In this document: one piece after another, positions 18,680 through 26,798 of the stretch
Layout of the letters: every line of letters begins with the position of its first letter
How positions within the stretch are numbered: position 1 is the stretch's first letter
Origin: an uncultured Oscillospiraceae bacterium
GTDB taxonomy: Bacteria; Bacillota; Clostridia; Acetivibrionales; DTU013
DNA: 64,000 nt
Assembly: GCA_964587755.1 (NCBI GenBank)
Contig: CAZPMC010000002.1
Location: forward strand, 58,514-122,513
Reading direction: 5' to 3'
Program-made: the position numbers and the translations under genes
The notes under the pieces: model-generated
Database searches by the model: none
Told to the model about the DNA's origin: nothing
The model's input: the letters and a program-made list of their open reading frames with translations, nothing else

Positions 18680-19387
18680 CTACCTGAGTAACGATAATAC
18701 AGACTGAGGTGCTTGATTTGCCTGAGCAAGCATTGCAGTACCGGCTTGAATGAGAATGCTGTTCTTCGTAAAGTTGGACATCTCCTCTGCCATGTCAGCA
18801 TCTCTGATACGAGATTCTGCAGCCTGAAGGTTCTCTGCCATTGTCTTGGTGTTCCTGACAACTGACTCCAGCTTGTTCTGATCAGCACCAAATTGTGCTC
18901 TTTGACCGTTTACTGTAGTAATGGCGGTGGCAATATCTGTTGCGGATGAAGTACTGCCTACAGAAACCGTACCTGTAGCAAGAACGGCCGTGCCGTTGAA
19001 CTTGGTGTTCTCGTAGATGTCATCAATAGCGTCTCCCAACGAAGTCATTTCAAGCTTAAGGTTGTCCTTATCCTCACCAGCGAGAGTTGTGTCATTCAAC
19101 TGCTCTGCCAGCTCTGTCAACCTGACAAGCATATTACTGACTTCATCCAGTGCACCTTCTGCTGTTTGAATCCTTGAAATCTGATTCTGTGAGTTTCTTA
19201 CCGACTGATTGAGTTGTCTGATCTGAGCTCTCATCTTCTCGGAAATTGATAAGCCTGCTGCGTCGTCTGCCGCACGGTTTATTCTTTTTCCAGAGGAAAG
19301 CTTCTCCATTGACTTGGCTGCTGCTGCATTTGTGTTATACAGCTGGTTGCGGGTGTTAATCGCCGTGATGTTGTTGTTAATAATCAT
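18680..19387 (-). CDS. fliC: flagellin, copy 3
   Basis: 235 aa. Differs from copy 2 by one residue (R72 versus M72) plus silent changes in the 5' third. Confidence 0.95.
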   Translation of the reverse strand: MIINNNITAINTRNQLYNTNAAAAKSMEKLSSGKRINRAADDAAGLSISEKMRAQIRQLNQSVRNSQNQISRIQTAEGALDEVSNMLVRLTELAEQLNDTTLAGEDKDNLKLEMTSLGDAIDDIYENTKFNGTAVLATGTVSVGSTSSATDIATAITTVNGQRAQFGADQNKLESVVRNTKTMAENLQAAESRIRDADMAEEMSNFTKNSILIQAGTAMLAQANQAPQSVLSLLR

Positions 19388-19391
19388 GATA

Positions 19392-19431
19392 AAATCCTCC
19401 TTGAACTATTTAATCGGGATTCCTTTCCCGA
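19392..19431 (-). promoter_or_regulatory. flagellin copy 3 leader: GGA-loop hairpin plus SD (candidate CsrA binding sites)
   Basis: Minus strand reads TCGGGA-AAGGAA-TCCCGA (19413..19430) and AAGGAGG (19395..19401). Confidence 0.55.
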
Positions 19432-19529
19432 TTTTTTTTGCCGGTTAGCCGGCTTATGGCTTTATGAGAACCAAAATTACTTTCATTGAGCGCGCTTCAA
19501 TTTCAGTGTATTTGCTTCTCTTGATATAT

Positions 19530-19557
19530 ATATCGGAGCAATTTTAAAAAAATTAAG
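19530..19557 (-). promoter_or_regulatory. sigma-D (sigma-28) type promoter for the flagellin array
   Basis: Minus strand reads TTAA-N15-TCCGATAT against the consensus TAAA-N15-GCCGATAT, about 140 nt upstream of the copy 3 ATG. Confidence 0.6.
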
Positions 19558-19574
19558 TGATTTTTTAAAATATA

Positions 19575-19799
19575 TTATCTGCTTTTTAGAATATTGTTGA
19601 GATTTATGCCAACATTAATATCAGATGCCTTTTTATTCTCATCAGCAATCTGCAAAAATATTTCCTTCCTGTGAATAGAAATTTCTCTAGGTGCATTTAT
19701 ACCGATTTTGACCTGGTCTCCCTGAACCTCAAGAATGGTTATTTCAATATTTTCATTTATTATGATGGACTGATCCTTTTTCCTCGCCAGTACAAGCAT
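19575..19799 (-). CDS. csrA: carbon storage regulator CsrA
   Basis: ORF 19575..19820. The canonical start [14 protein letters not shown] is at 19799 with a GGGGGG RBS 8 nt upstream. [15 protein letters not shown] motif. Confidence 0.92.
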   Translation of the reverse strand: MLVLARKKDQSIIINENIEITILEVQGDQVKIGINAPREISIHRKEIFLQIADENKKASDINVGINLNNILKSR

Positions 19800-20250
19800 T
19801 ATTATTTTCCCCCCGTCCATGGAGTTCTTCTAACACATAGTGTCTCACACCGTATCTATCCGTGTCAAGAATAAGCTGCTTCCCTTTTCTGGTGCGCCCG
19901 TTAATTATAACAGGTGCTTGCAGGTTCATAGTCATTTTGTTCATATCCTCAGGAACCACAACTATGCTGTACACTTCGACATCTGCTTCACTCATAATTC
20001 CAAGTTCTTTTAATGTCTCGTCATCCAGCTTTATCTCATAGTCCCTTTTAACGGCAAACGGATTAATCAACACAAAAGCAAGCCTCGGGTTATCAACACT
20101 TTGGAGCCATTTAAATGGTGAATTTTCTTCTTCGTTATTAATAAGCACATATTGCTTCACTGTTTCAAATCCGGGCAGCCCCCGGCTAAATCCGATTATA
20201 TCACTTTCCTTTATATCCAGCTCCCCAAAATATCTTGTTTTAAGAATCAT
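19753..20250 (-). CDS. fliW: flagellar assembly factor FliW
   Basis: 165 aa. [22 protein letters not shown]...FVLINPF...NLQAPVIIN signature. The 3' end overlaps csrA by 47 nt. Confidence 0.9.
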   Translation of the reverse strand: MILKTRYFGELDIKESDIIGFSRGLPGFETVKQYVLINNEEENSPFKWLQSVDNPRLAFVLINPFAVKRDYEIKLDDETLKELGIMSEADVEVYSIVVVPEDMNKMTMNLQAPVIINGRTRKGKQLILDTDRYGVRHYVLEELHGRGENNNACTGEEKGSVHHNK

Positions 20251-20272
20251 ATTATTCCCCCCGGTATGTTAT

Positions 20273-20851
20273 TCACGCCAATGCGTTTATCTGTGTATTT
20301 ACATATCTCATTTCAATTGAAGCATATTGCTCCATTAAAATTTTCACCTGTGAAGGTGTGTAATTAATGCTAATGCTTCCTGGAGTAATTTCTCCCTCAA
20401 CGCCATTTTTTGCGCCTGCTGCATATCCTCGGGAAGTGATTTCCACTTCCCCTCCCTCTATAGTAATCCTGGGTCTTGCTTTCGGTATGTAATCAAGTCC
20501 GAATTCATTCATCGTTGTTCCATTTTGCCATGCAATGTCGGCTTGCGGATTTACTTTATTTTCAATAGCCGCCATCAGGTCGCCTTCCCCTGCAACCCTT
20601 GCTGCGTAATCCAACGCCTGTTTCTTTGCCGCTTGGGCGGCCTGTCTTGTCAAATCGATAGGCCCCATTAGACCTGCGCTGGCAAAACACTCATACTGAT
20701 CTATAACGACTCTCGGAAGCTCGGTGCGTATGTCAATCCTCTCTTCCTTATGGCTCAGATCGAGCTTTGCTCTGCGTGTCTCAATCGACAACTGGGATTT
20801 TGTTGTCTGAATACTAATTCTGGCATCCGTGCGGCTAATTTGTAAGGGCAT
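20273..20851 (-). CDS. conserved flagellar-locus protein (YviE/DUF6470-like)
   Basis: 192 aa. Its position between flgL and fliW matches yviE of B. subtilis. The family assignment is from memory of that synteny, not from a motif. Confidence 0.6.
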   Translation of the reverse strand: MPLQISRTDARISIQTTKSQLSIETRRAKLDLSHKEERIDIRTELPRVVIDQYECFASAGLMGPIDLTRQAAQAAKKQALDYAARVAGEGDLMAAIENKVNPQADIAWQNGTTMNEFGLDYIPKARPRITIEGGEVEITSRGYAAGAKNGVEGEITPGSISINYTPSQVKILMEQYASIEMRYVNTQINALA

Positions 20852-20887
20852 GTCCTCACCATCCGTGGCAAAAAACTATTAAATTGA

Positions 20888-21796
20888 TTAGCTTAAAAAA
20901 TCAACAAGTGACGGCATAATAATCCTGGCTCCGCCGGCAAGCGCTGTTCTGTACACATTTTCTTCATTTTTCAAATTCATTATGGTATCTGCCATATCAA
21001 CATTTTCATTGTCACTCATTAGCTTTGTAAAATTTAATCTATCGTTCTGCATTCTATTTGAAGTCAATTCAAGCCTGTTTATTCGAGCACCCACATCCGC
21101 TCTTACCCTAAGAACATTATCTAAATCATTTGTAAACGCATCACTGATAGTGCTTAATACTGAAAAGTCAGCAGTATTTAATGCATTTATAAAATTATCT
21201 ATGTCATCTATGAATTTCCCTTTTCCATTTACGGCTGTACCACTTCCGGCGTTGAATAGGTCACCGCCGGTTATATTAATGTTTATACTGTCACTCATTC
21301 CGATTTCAAAGTAAATCATTTCACTGTTATCTACATCAAGAGCAAAAGTACCATCTGCATTCATAAATTCTTTATCTGTTTTATATCCGGAAAAAAGATA
21401 TCTGCCTGCATATGTGGCATTGGACAAATTAACAAGCTGAGTTCTCAGCTGTTCAACCTCCTTGGCAGTAGCCTTTAAATCCTCCGGGTTCTTTGTTGTA
21501 TCATTGCTTGCCGTGCCAAGCTCTATTAGTCTTTGAAATATATCACCTATGTCATTTAATGTGGAATCCGTTATTTCCAGCCATGACTGCGCATCCTTCA
21601 AATTCTTTTGATACTGCTCTATTTCAGCTACGTCTGTGCGCAGCTTCAAAGCCCTGGCAGCCACTACAGGGTCGTCAGACGGCACCTGTATCTTTTTGCC
21701 GGATGCAAGCTGACTCTGGTACTTGTTCATCCTCGTCAAATTGTTTCCTATGTAGTTGATCATGTTGTTAATTAACATGTTATTTGTTATTCTCAC
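20888..21796 (-). CDS. flgL: flagellar hook-associated protein 3 FlgL
   Basis: ORF 20888..21817. The GTG at 21796 is preferred (GGAGG 8 nt upstream) and gives (M)RITNNMLINN... It has a flagellin-like N-terminus and the C-terminus TALAGGARIIMPSLVDFL. Confidence 0.88.
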   Translation of the reverse strand: MRITNNMLINNMINYIGNNLTRMNKYQSQLASGKKIQVPSDDPVVAARALKLRTDVAEIEQYQKNLKDAQSWLEITDSTLNDIGDIFQRLIELGTASNDTTKNPEDLKATAKEVEQLRTQLVNLSNATYAGRYLFSGYKTDKEFMNADGTFALDVDNSEMIYFEIGMSDSININITGGDLFNAGSGTAVNGKGKFIDDIDNFINALNTADFSVLSTISDAFTNDLDNVLRVRADVGARINRLELTSNRMQNDRLNFTKLMSDNENVDMADTIMNLKNEENVYRTALAGGARIIMPSLVDFLS

Positions 21797-21809
21797 TGCA
21801 AAACCTCCA

Positions 21810-23480
21810 TCACACAAATAACTTATTTATCAGGGTCTCGTAAATCTCTCCCATTGTCCTTATCATTCTTGCTGAAGCATTATATGCCTGCTGATATTTA
21901 ACTAAGCTGGCCAACTCTTCGTCAATTGACACTCCTGACTCTGAAAGCCTCCTGTTGGTAATTTGATTTACAATAACCTTCTGGTTGGATTTGTAATTAT
22001 TTGCCTGCTGAGCGTCAACACCAAGGCCTGCTACAAGAGATTTCATGTAATCCTCAGGTGCGCCCTCTGAGAACATATCCGAGTCCTTTCTCAGCTTTAA
22101 TATGCTGTTAAGTATTTCAATATTTCCAGCCTCCCCTGGTTCTCCTGAGGTAGTAATTTTATTAAAGTCCTCTAAAATATCAAAGCTTACCGCAAAGTTT
22201 TTTGCTGTCAGTTTTTCGTATTGATCATATACATAGGATTGGTAGGCTTCGTAATTCGGGTCAGTTGTATCGTTCGGATCGTCAATATGCGGTGCACCGC
22301 TTAAAAAATCGCTGGTAGAGATGGATTTATTGCCGATACCAGTCATTGTGAAGAATCTGACACCCATATCTGTTGTGTTATAGCCATAGCCGTCTGCATG
22401 ACCAAATCCGGCTACCTCTCCTATGTCGAACTGCCTATCACCGTCAGCATCAATATAGCCTTCGTTAAATGCTCTGGCAAACACTCTGACAAATTCATTA
22501 AGCTTTTTTTGATAGTAGGGTATTCCCTTATAATTCGGTGAGGTAATACCATTAGAGCCTGCCTCGCCTTCGTTTCCGTCTCTGACATCAAGGTAGCCCT
22601 TAAGCTCGCCGCCTTTAACACTGAGCGCATTGCCATCTGCCCATCTAACCTGATACAGGTTATCTACATCCTCATCATTGACCTTTTGACTTGAGTTCCT
22701 CTGAACAACTTCCAGCTTACTTATTTGGAAGTGGTCTACAAGCAGCTTTCCGCTTATAGCGATGGTAAAATGCTTGTCATCTCTGCCGTCCGGCAGCTTT
22801 CCGTATACTACCTCATTAACGTCTATATTTACTATTTTTGAGAGTTTATCCACAAGGACCGTCCTTTGGTCTCTCATATCATTAGCTGTATTGCCGTCAA
22901 GCTCAGTTATATATATCTGTCTGTTTAGCTGCTGAATTTGGACAGCATAGGAGTTTATCTCCTCAACCTTTGTTTGAATTCTATTGTTTAAATCTTGCTG
23001 GAGAGTCTCAAGGTGGGTAGCCATACTGTTAAAAAATTTTGCTAATGTAACTCCCCTTTCTCTTACCAAAGCTCTGACAGCCGCACTACTGGGGTCCTTG
23101 CCAAGCTCCTGAAGTGAATCATAAAAATCACTCATAATAGTAGTAAAACCGCTATCCGACGGTTCGTTAAACATGACTTCAATATCAGCTAATGCCTCCT
23201 GCTTAGCGCTCCACTCACCTAAATTTATGTTTTCGCTCCAATATTTAAAATCAAGATATTCGTCCCGGATACGTTGTACTCCTGTCACTTCGGCACCTGT
23301 TCCCATCATTCCAGTGCCGTCAAATAAAGCCATAGGCCTCGAAGCAGACTGTATAGCCCTCTGTCGCGAATATCCTTCAGTATTCACATTATTTAAATTG
23401 TGGTTGACTATGTCAAGGTTTCTCTGGGCTGTAAAGAGCCCCCTTATCGCCACATTTAGTCCAAAAAAGGATTCAGCCAT
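21810..23480 (-). CDS. flgK: flagellar hook-associated protein 1 FlgK (paralogue 2)
   Basis: 556 aa. N-terminus is FFGLNVAIRGLFTAQRNLDIVNHNLNNVNTEGYSRQ. C-terminus is SGVSIDEELASLVKYQQAYNASARMI. Confidence 0.88.
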   Translation of the reverse strand: MAESFFGLNVAIRGLFTAQRNLDIVNHNLNNVNTEGYSRQRAIQSASRPMALFDGTGMMGTGAEVTGVQRIRDEYLDFKYWSENINLGEWSAKQEALADIEVMFNEPSDSGFTTIMSDFYDSLQELGKDPSSAAVRALVRERGVTLAKFFNSMATHLETLQQDLNNRIQTKVEEINSYAVQIQQLNRQIYITELDGNTANDMRDQRTVLVDKLSKIVNIDVNEVVYGKLPDGRDDKHFTIAISGKLLVDHFQISKLEVVQRNSSQKVNDEDVDNLYQVRWADGNALSVKGGELKGYLDVRDGNEGEAGSNGITSPNYKGIPYYQKKLNEFVRVFARAFNEGYIDADGDRQFDIGEVAGFGHADGYGYNTTDMGVRFFTMTGIGNKSISTSDFLSGAPHIDDPNDTTDPNYEAYQSYVYDQYEKLTAKNFAVSFDILEDFNKITTSGEPGEAGNIEILNSILKLRKDSDMFSEGAPEDYMKSLVAGLGVDAQQANNYKSNQKVIVNQITNRRLSESGVSIDEELASLVKYQQAYNASARMIRTMGEIYETLINKLFV

Positions 23481-23486
23481 CTGTTA

Positions 23487-25418
23487 TCACCTTCCTGTCA
23501 GACCCAATCTGTTTACTACTGTTTCTATCATTTCATCAATGATGTTAAGAACTCTCGAAGCTGCATCATATGCATATTTAAATTTCATCATATTTGTCAT
23601 TTCTTCATCCAACGATACTCCCGTTACCGCAGTGCGCTGTGCATCTGCTGCAAGCACGAGTTTACCCTGACTTTCGGCTATTCTGGAAGAATCTGAGCCA
23701 TTATTCCCCATTGCAAGTATGATTGCCTGATAATAATCGTCCAAACTCATAAAACCGCCCTTGTCGTCAATCAACGCACGGTTTCTAAGATTTGCAATCT
23801 CCAGTGCAATAGAGTTGTCTCCGTTTTGGCCTGTCCTTGAGGCAGCAATGTTACTCAAATCTGATAAGTTCGGGTTCAAACGTATATTTCCCATCTCCAG
23901 CGGCCTGTCAGGATTAATAGTGACAAAAAAGTCTTCGCCCGCTGTGGGTGGATCCTTCATGTTTGTACCACTCTTATGTATATAGTTGACTGTACGCAGC
24001 ATTACATTTACTAACGCATTAAGTCTTTGCCTCATATCCGAAACTATGTTCATAGTACTTCCCACCACGGAAAAGCCTTTACTGACTTCATTATTGGTGT
24101 CATATGCCATTGCTTGTGTTAACTGATTAAAATTTATATCTGTGAACTCTGTAAGGCTATATGCCACTGGGTCTGTTGCTAAAGACAATCCTGACCATGC
24201 ACCGGGAGTGTCGGTAATAACAGACGCTTTCATACCTATCCCTTCAAGCTCATCCTTCAATGTGTCCAAATCTGCGGCTGCTAGTGTATCGCTTGTTACA
24301 AGTATGGCATACTTATTGGCATCAGCTCTAAGACCCGTCGTCCCGGAAACGTTAGCTGCAAAGTCTGCTGCGGAAGCAACATCAACGGTAGTGACATGCG
24401 CATCAATACCCCTTTTTAACAGCTCCTGCCTGTATGCATCTACTCTTGCATTTACTTCAATCGGATCAGCCATAGTCGATGTATCAACATAAAACACCAC
24501 ATCAGCCTTTGTGTTTGGTGTGCCGTTTTCATAGCTTCCAATAATCCCTGACACTTCACCCCTTGACTCCATCAAACCCTTTATAATACCGCTTTTAACC
24601 GGGACCTCTATATTTGTTCCCCCTAGCTTTGCTACATAGAAGCTATCCCCGGGCTTTTTTTCACCGGCATATAAATCTGTGCTGATTCCCTTCTGTACCA
24701 GGAAATATCCGCCTAAGGTAACATCCACTTGCCCATCCTGCATTTCATTTATGTCAACATCGGCAAGCTTTGTCAGCCTGTCAAGCAGTGAGTTTCGCTG
24801 GTCACGGTAGTCATTGGCAGAGTCTCCGTATATCTCCGATTTTGCTATCTTAATATTTAGTTCCGCAATGCGTGAGGTGATATTGTTCAGCTCATTTATC
24901 CTTACCTCAAGCTCCGCATTCAAATCCTGCTGAAGCCTGTCAAGCTGCGCTCCCATATAATTAATCTGCTGAACAAGAGCTTCGCTTCTCTGCTTTACCA
25001 GTGCTCTTACTGTAAGGCTGTCAGGCTCCTTTGACAACTCCTGCCATGAATCCCAAAACTTATTTAAAATACTTTGGAGACCTGACTCCATAGGTTCTCC
25101 CATAATAGCCTGAACATCCTGGAAAGCTTTTTGCCTTGTCTCCCAGTATCCAAGCGTAGTATTTTCCTGTCTATATATATTGTCAAGAAAGGTATGCCTG
25201 ATCTGACGGATTTCCTGTATGTCTGCGCCAAGTCCCAGTTGAATGAAACCGCCTTTTTTAACAATGGTATGAACAGGGCCATTCTTTATCATGGCCTGCT
25301 GCCTGACGTATCCTGTTGTGTTGGTATTTGAAATATTATGGCCTGTTACATATAACCCACGCTCATTGACGATAAGGCCGGAGCGGGCTATTTCATAACT
25401 GGCAAAACTAACTCCCAT
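23487..25418 (-). CDS. flgK: flagellar hook-associated protein FlgK-like (paralogue 1, with central alpha/beta insert)
   Basis: 643 aa. N-terminus is SYEIARSGLIVNERGLYVTGHNISNTNTTGYVRQ. C-terminus is TGVSLDEEMTNMMKFKYAYDAASRVL. It carries an extra ~115-aa segment (residues ~300-415) not seen in paralogue 2. Confidence 0.82.
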   Translation of the reverse strand: MGVSFASYEIARSGLIVNERGLYVTGHNISNTNTTGYVRQQAMIKNGPVHTIVKKGGFIQLGLGADIQEIRQIRHTFLDNIYRQENTTLGYWETRQKAFQDVQAIMGEPMESGLQSILNKFWDSWQELSKEPDSLTVRALVKQRSEALVQQINYMGAQLDRLQQDLNAELEVRINELNNITSRIAELNIKIAKSEIYGDSANDYRDQRNSLLDRLTKLADVDINEMQDGQVDVTLGGYFLVQKGISTDLYAGEKKPGDSFYVAKLGGTNIEVPVKSGIIKGLMESRGEVSGIIGSYENGTPNTKADVVFYVDTSTMADPIEVNARVDAYRQELLKRGIDAHVTTVDVASAADFAANVSGTTGLRADANKYAILVTSDTLAAADLDTLKDELEGIGMKASVITDTPGAWSGLSLATDPVAYSLTEFTDINFNQLTQAMAYDTNNEVSKGFSVVGSTMNIVSDMRQRLNALVNVMLRTVNYIHKSGTNMKDPPTAGEDFFVTINPDRPLEMGNIRLNPNLSDLSNIAASRTGQNGDNSIALEIANLRNRALIDDKGGFMSLDDYYQAIILAMGNNGSDSSRIAESQGKLVLAADAQRTAVTGVSLDEEMTNMMKFKYAYDAASRVLNIIDEMIETVVNRLGLTGR

Positions 25419-25426
25419 AGTACCTC

Positions 25427-25927
25427 CTACAATTTCATATCAAAAAAGTTTCTTTTCTTAGCGTCCTTTGAAAGTCCTTCACTTCCATATGTATTATCAG
25501 CAGATGCTGCATTTGTAAGAACATTTATTGAAAAATCAATGTAGTCCAGAGAACTTTTGATAAGCTTTGAATTCAGCGAATTTGCTTCACTGAGATTTTT
25601 TATTACATTTTCCAGACCCCGTCCGCATTCCGTAAGCTTTTTAGCTTTGGCCTCGGGAGCTATTTTTATAAGTGTATCAAGTGTTACATCCGGCGCCACA
25701 GCCTGATTTTGCTGTGCAAGCTTTGAAATCAGCTCCACCCGTTCCTCCTCCAGCTTGCCAAGCTTTACAATCATTGACTGCTCAAGCTTTGTAACTCCTT
25801 CAAGCTCTGATACCTTGCCCTCTACAATCAGATCTGTTTTGTTTTTTGAAAGCTCCAGTATCCCTTCATATATAAATTTTTCCTTGTCCATAATTTCAAT
25901 TAATCTGTCAAACAATGCTGTATCCAA
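25427..25927 (-). CDS. flgN: flagellar export chaperone FlgN family
   Basis: 166-aa helical protein with a TTG start. Its position between flgM and flgK matches B. subtilis yvyG. N-terminus is LIEIMDKEKFIYEGILELSKNKTDLIV. Confidence 0.75.
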   Translation of the reverse strand: MDTALFDRLIEIMDKEKFIYEGILELSKNKTDLIVEGKVSELEGVTKLEQSMIVKLGKLEEERVELISKLAQQNQAVAPDVTLDTLIKIAPEAKAKKLTECGRGLENVIKNLSEANSLNSKLIKSSLDYIDFSINVLTNAASADNTYGSEGLSKDAKKRNFFDMKL

Positions 25928-26009
25928 AGCCTCACCACCTATCTAATAAATATCCGGAATAAAAAAGAGAGTCAGTTAACTCCCCTTCAAAGAGATTGCA
26001 CTTAATAAT

Positions 26010-26297
26010 CTACACCTTTTTGTCAAAAACCTTGCTAATAACTTTGCTGGCGACATCTCTCCCCGATACATTGTATCTGCCGGACTCGAATTTTTCTAAA
26101 ATCTCAGCTACCTTGCCTGTGCGTACATCCGGCACATCCTTCAGTGCTCTGTAAGCCGTCTGGTAGTCCTTTGCCTCGGTTGAAATGGAGAGTACATCCT
26201 TTTTGGAAGCTACTGACCCGGTCTTGCTCACACGACCTGCTTTCTTCTGTGCTCCGTAAATCGCCGATATCTTTGAAATTTCACTTGGTATTCTCAT
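26010..26297 (-). CDS. flgM: anti-sigma-28 factor FlgM
   Basis: ORF 26010..26306. The ATG at 26297 is preferred (AAAGGTGAG 8 nt upstream). C-terminus is RTGKVAEILEKFESGRYNVSGRDVASKV, typical of FlgM. Confidence 0.85.
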   Translation of the reverse strand: MRIPSEISKISAIYGAQKKAGRVSKTGSVASKKDVLSISTEAKDYQTAYRALKDVPDVRTGKVAEILEKFESGRYNVSGRDVASKVISKVFDKKV

Positions 26298-26330
26298 ATT
26301 AACCACTCACCTTTTAATTACTCATATGTA

Positions 26331-26357
26331 TTATCGGAAGAACCTTGAATATTATTA
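26331..26357 (-). promoter_or_regulatory. sigma-D type promoter upstream of flgM
   Basis: Minus strand reads TAAT-N15-TCCGATAA against the consensus TAAA-N15-GCCGATAT, about 35 nt upstream of the flgM start. Confidence 0.5.
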
Positions 26358-26369
26358 ACAAAGAAAATA

Positions 26370-26783
26370 TTACTTATTGCGATATTTCATATCAGAAGTT
26401 CTCCTCATATCAGATAAATTGCCCAAGTCAAGCTCCAACTGACTTGCAACTGATTTAAGCCTTGATGTCAGATCCCGCTCACAGGCATCGCAATATCTTC
26501 CGCTCTTAATTGATCTCCCGCATTTTTCACATTCCAAAATCAAATTGCCTTCATCATTAGTTATTTCAAGTCTGCCTTCCTTTAAAAACCTCTTAATCTT
26601 TTCAATGCTTATATCCAGTTCCGTAGACACCTGGGTTACACTTGCCCCAGGAAACTCATAGAGGTATTCCTTAACTCTCTGAAAATCTTCTTCCTCTTCC
26701 TGCTTACATACCGGGCAAAGTGGCGCACCACCAACATAGTTGTAAATTTTCCCGCACTTTCTACAATTCCTTACATCCGGCAT
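26370..26783 (-). CDS. flagellar-operon zinc-ribbon protein (YvyF/TIGR03826-like)
   Basis: 137 aa. Two CxxC pairs at each end (CRKCGK...CPVC; CEKCGR...CDAC). Position between comFC and flgM matches B. subtilis yvyF. Confidence 0.75.
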   Translation of the reverse strand: MPDVRNCRKCGKIYNYVGGAPLCPVCKQEEEEDFQRVKEYLYEFPGASVTQVSTELDISIEKIKRFLKEGRLEITNDEGNLILECEKCGRSIKSGRYCDACERDLTSRLKSVASQLELDLGNLSDMRRTSDMKYRNK

Positions 26784-26798
26784 ATGTTTTCCCTCCTA

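Larger units (their letters stand above)
17447..19119 (-). repeat. perfect tandem direct repeat, period 816 bp (2.05 units), spanning the flagellin genes
   Basis: 17447..18303 matches 18263..19119 in a line-by-line comparison. The first mismatches are at 17446/18262 and 18304/19120. Confidence 0.9.

Noticed and set aside
17676-18891. Duplicated 71-aa (+) and 87-aa (-) ORFs inside the flagellin array
   Set aside because: They are out-of-frame or antisense shadows of the flagellin genes. They appear twice only because they lie inside the 816-bp repeat.
17447-19119. Regularly spaced repeat considered as a CRISPR-like or mobile-element repeat
   Set aside because: The period is 816 bp and the unit is a whole flagellin gene plus its leader. 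There are no short repeat/spacer units, cas genes or transposase.
19413-19440. Hairpin followed by T8 on the plus strand, which looks like an intrinsic terminator
   Set aside because: No plus-strand gene ends nearby. On the minus strand the same hairpin is the GGA-loop element of the flagellin leader, and the T-run is an A-run there.
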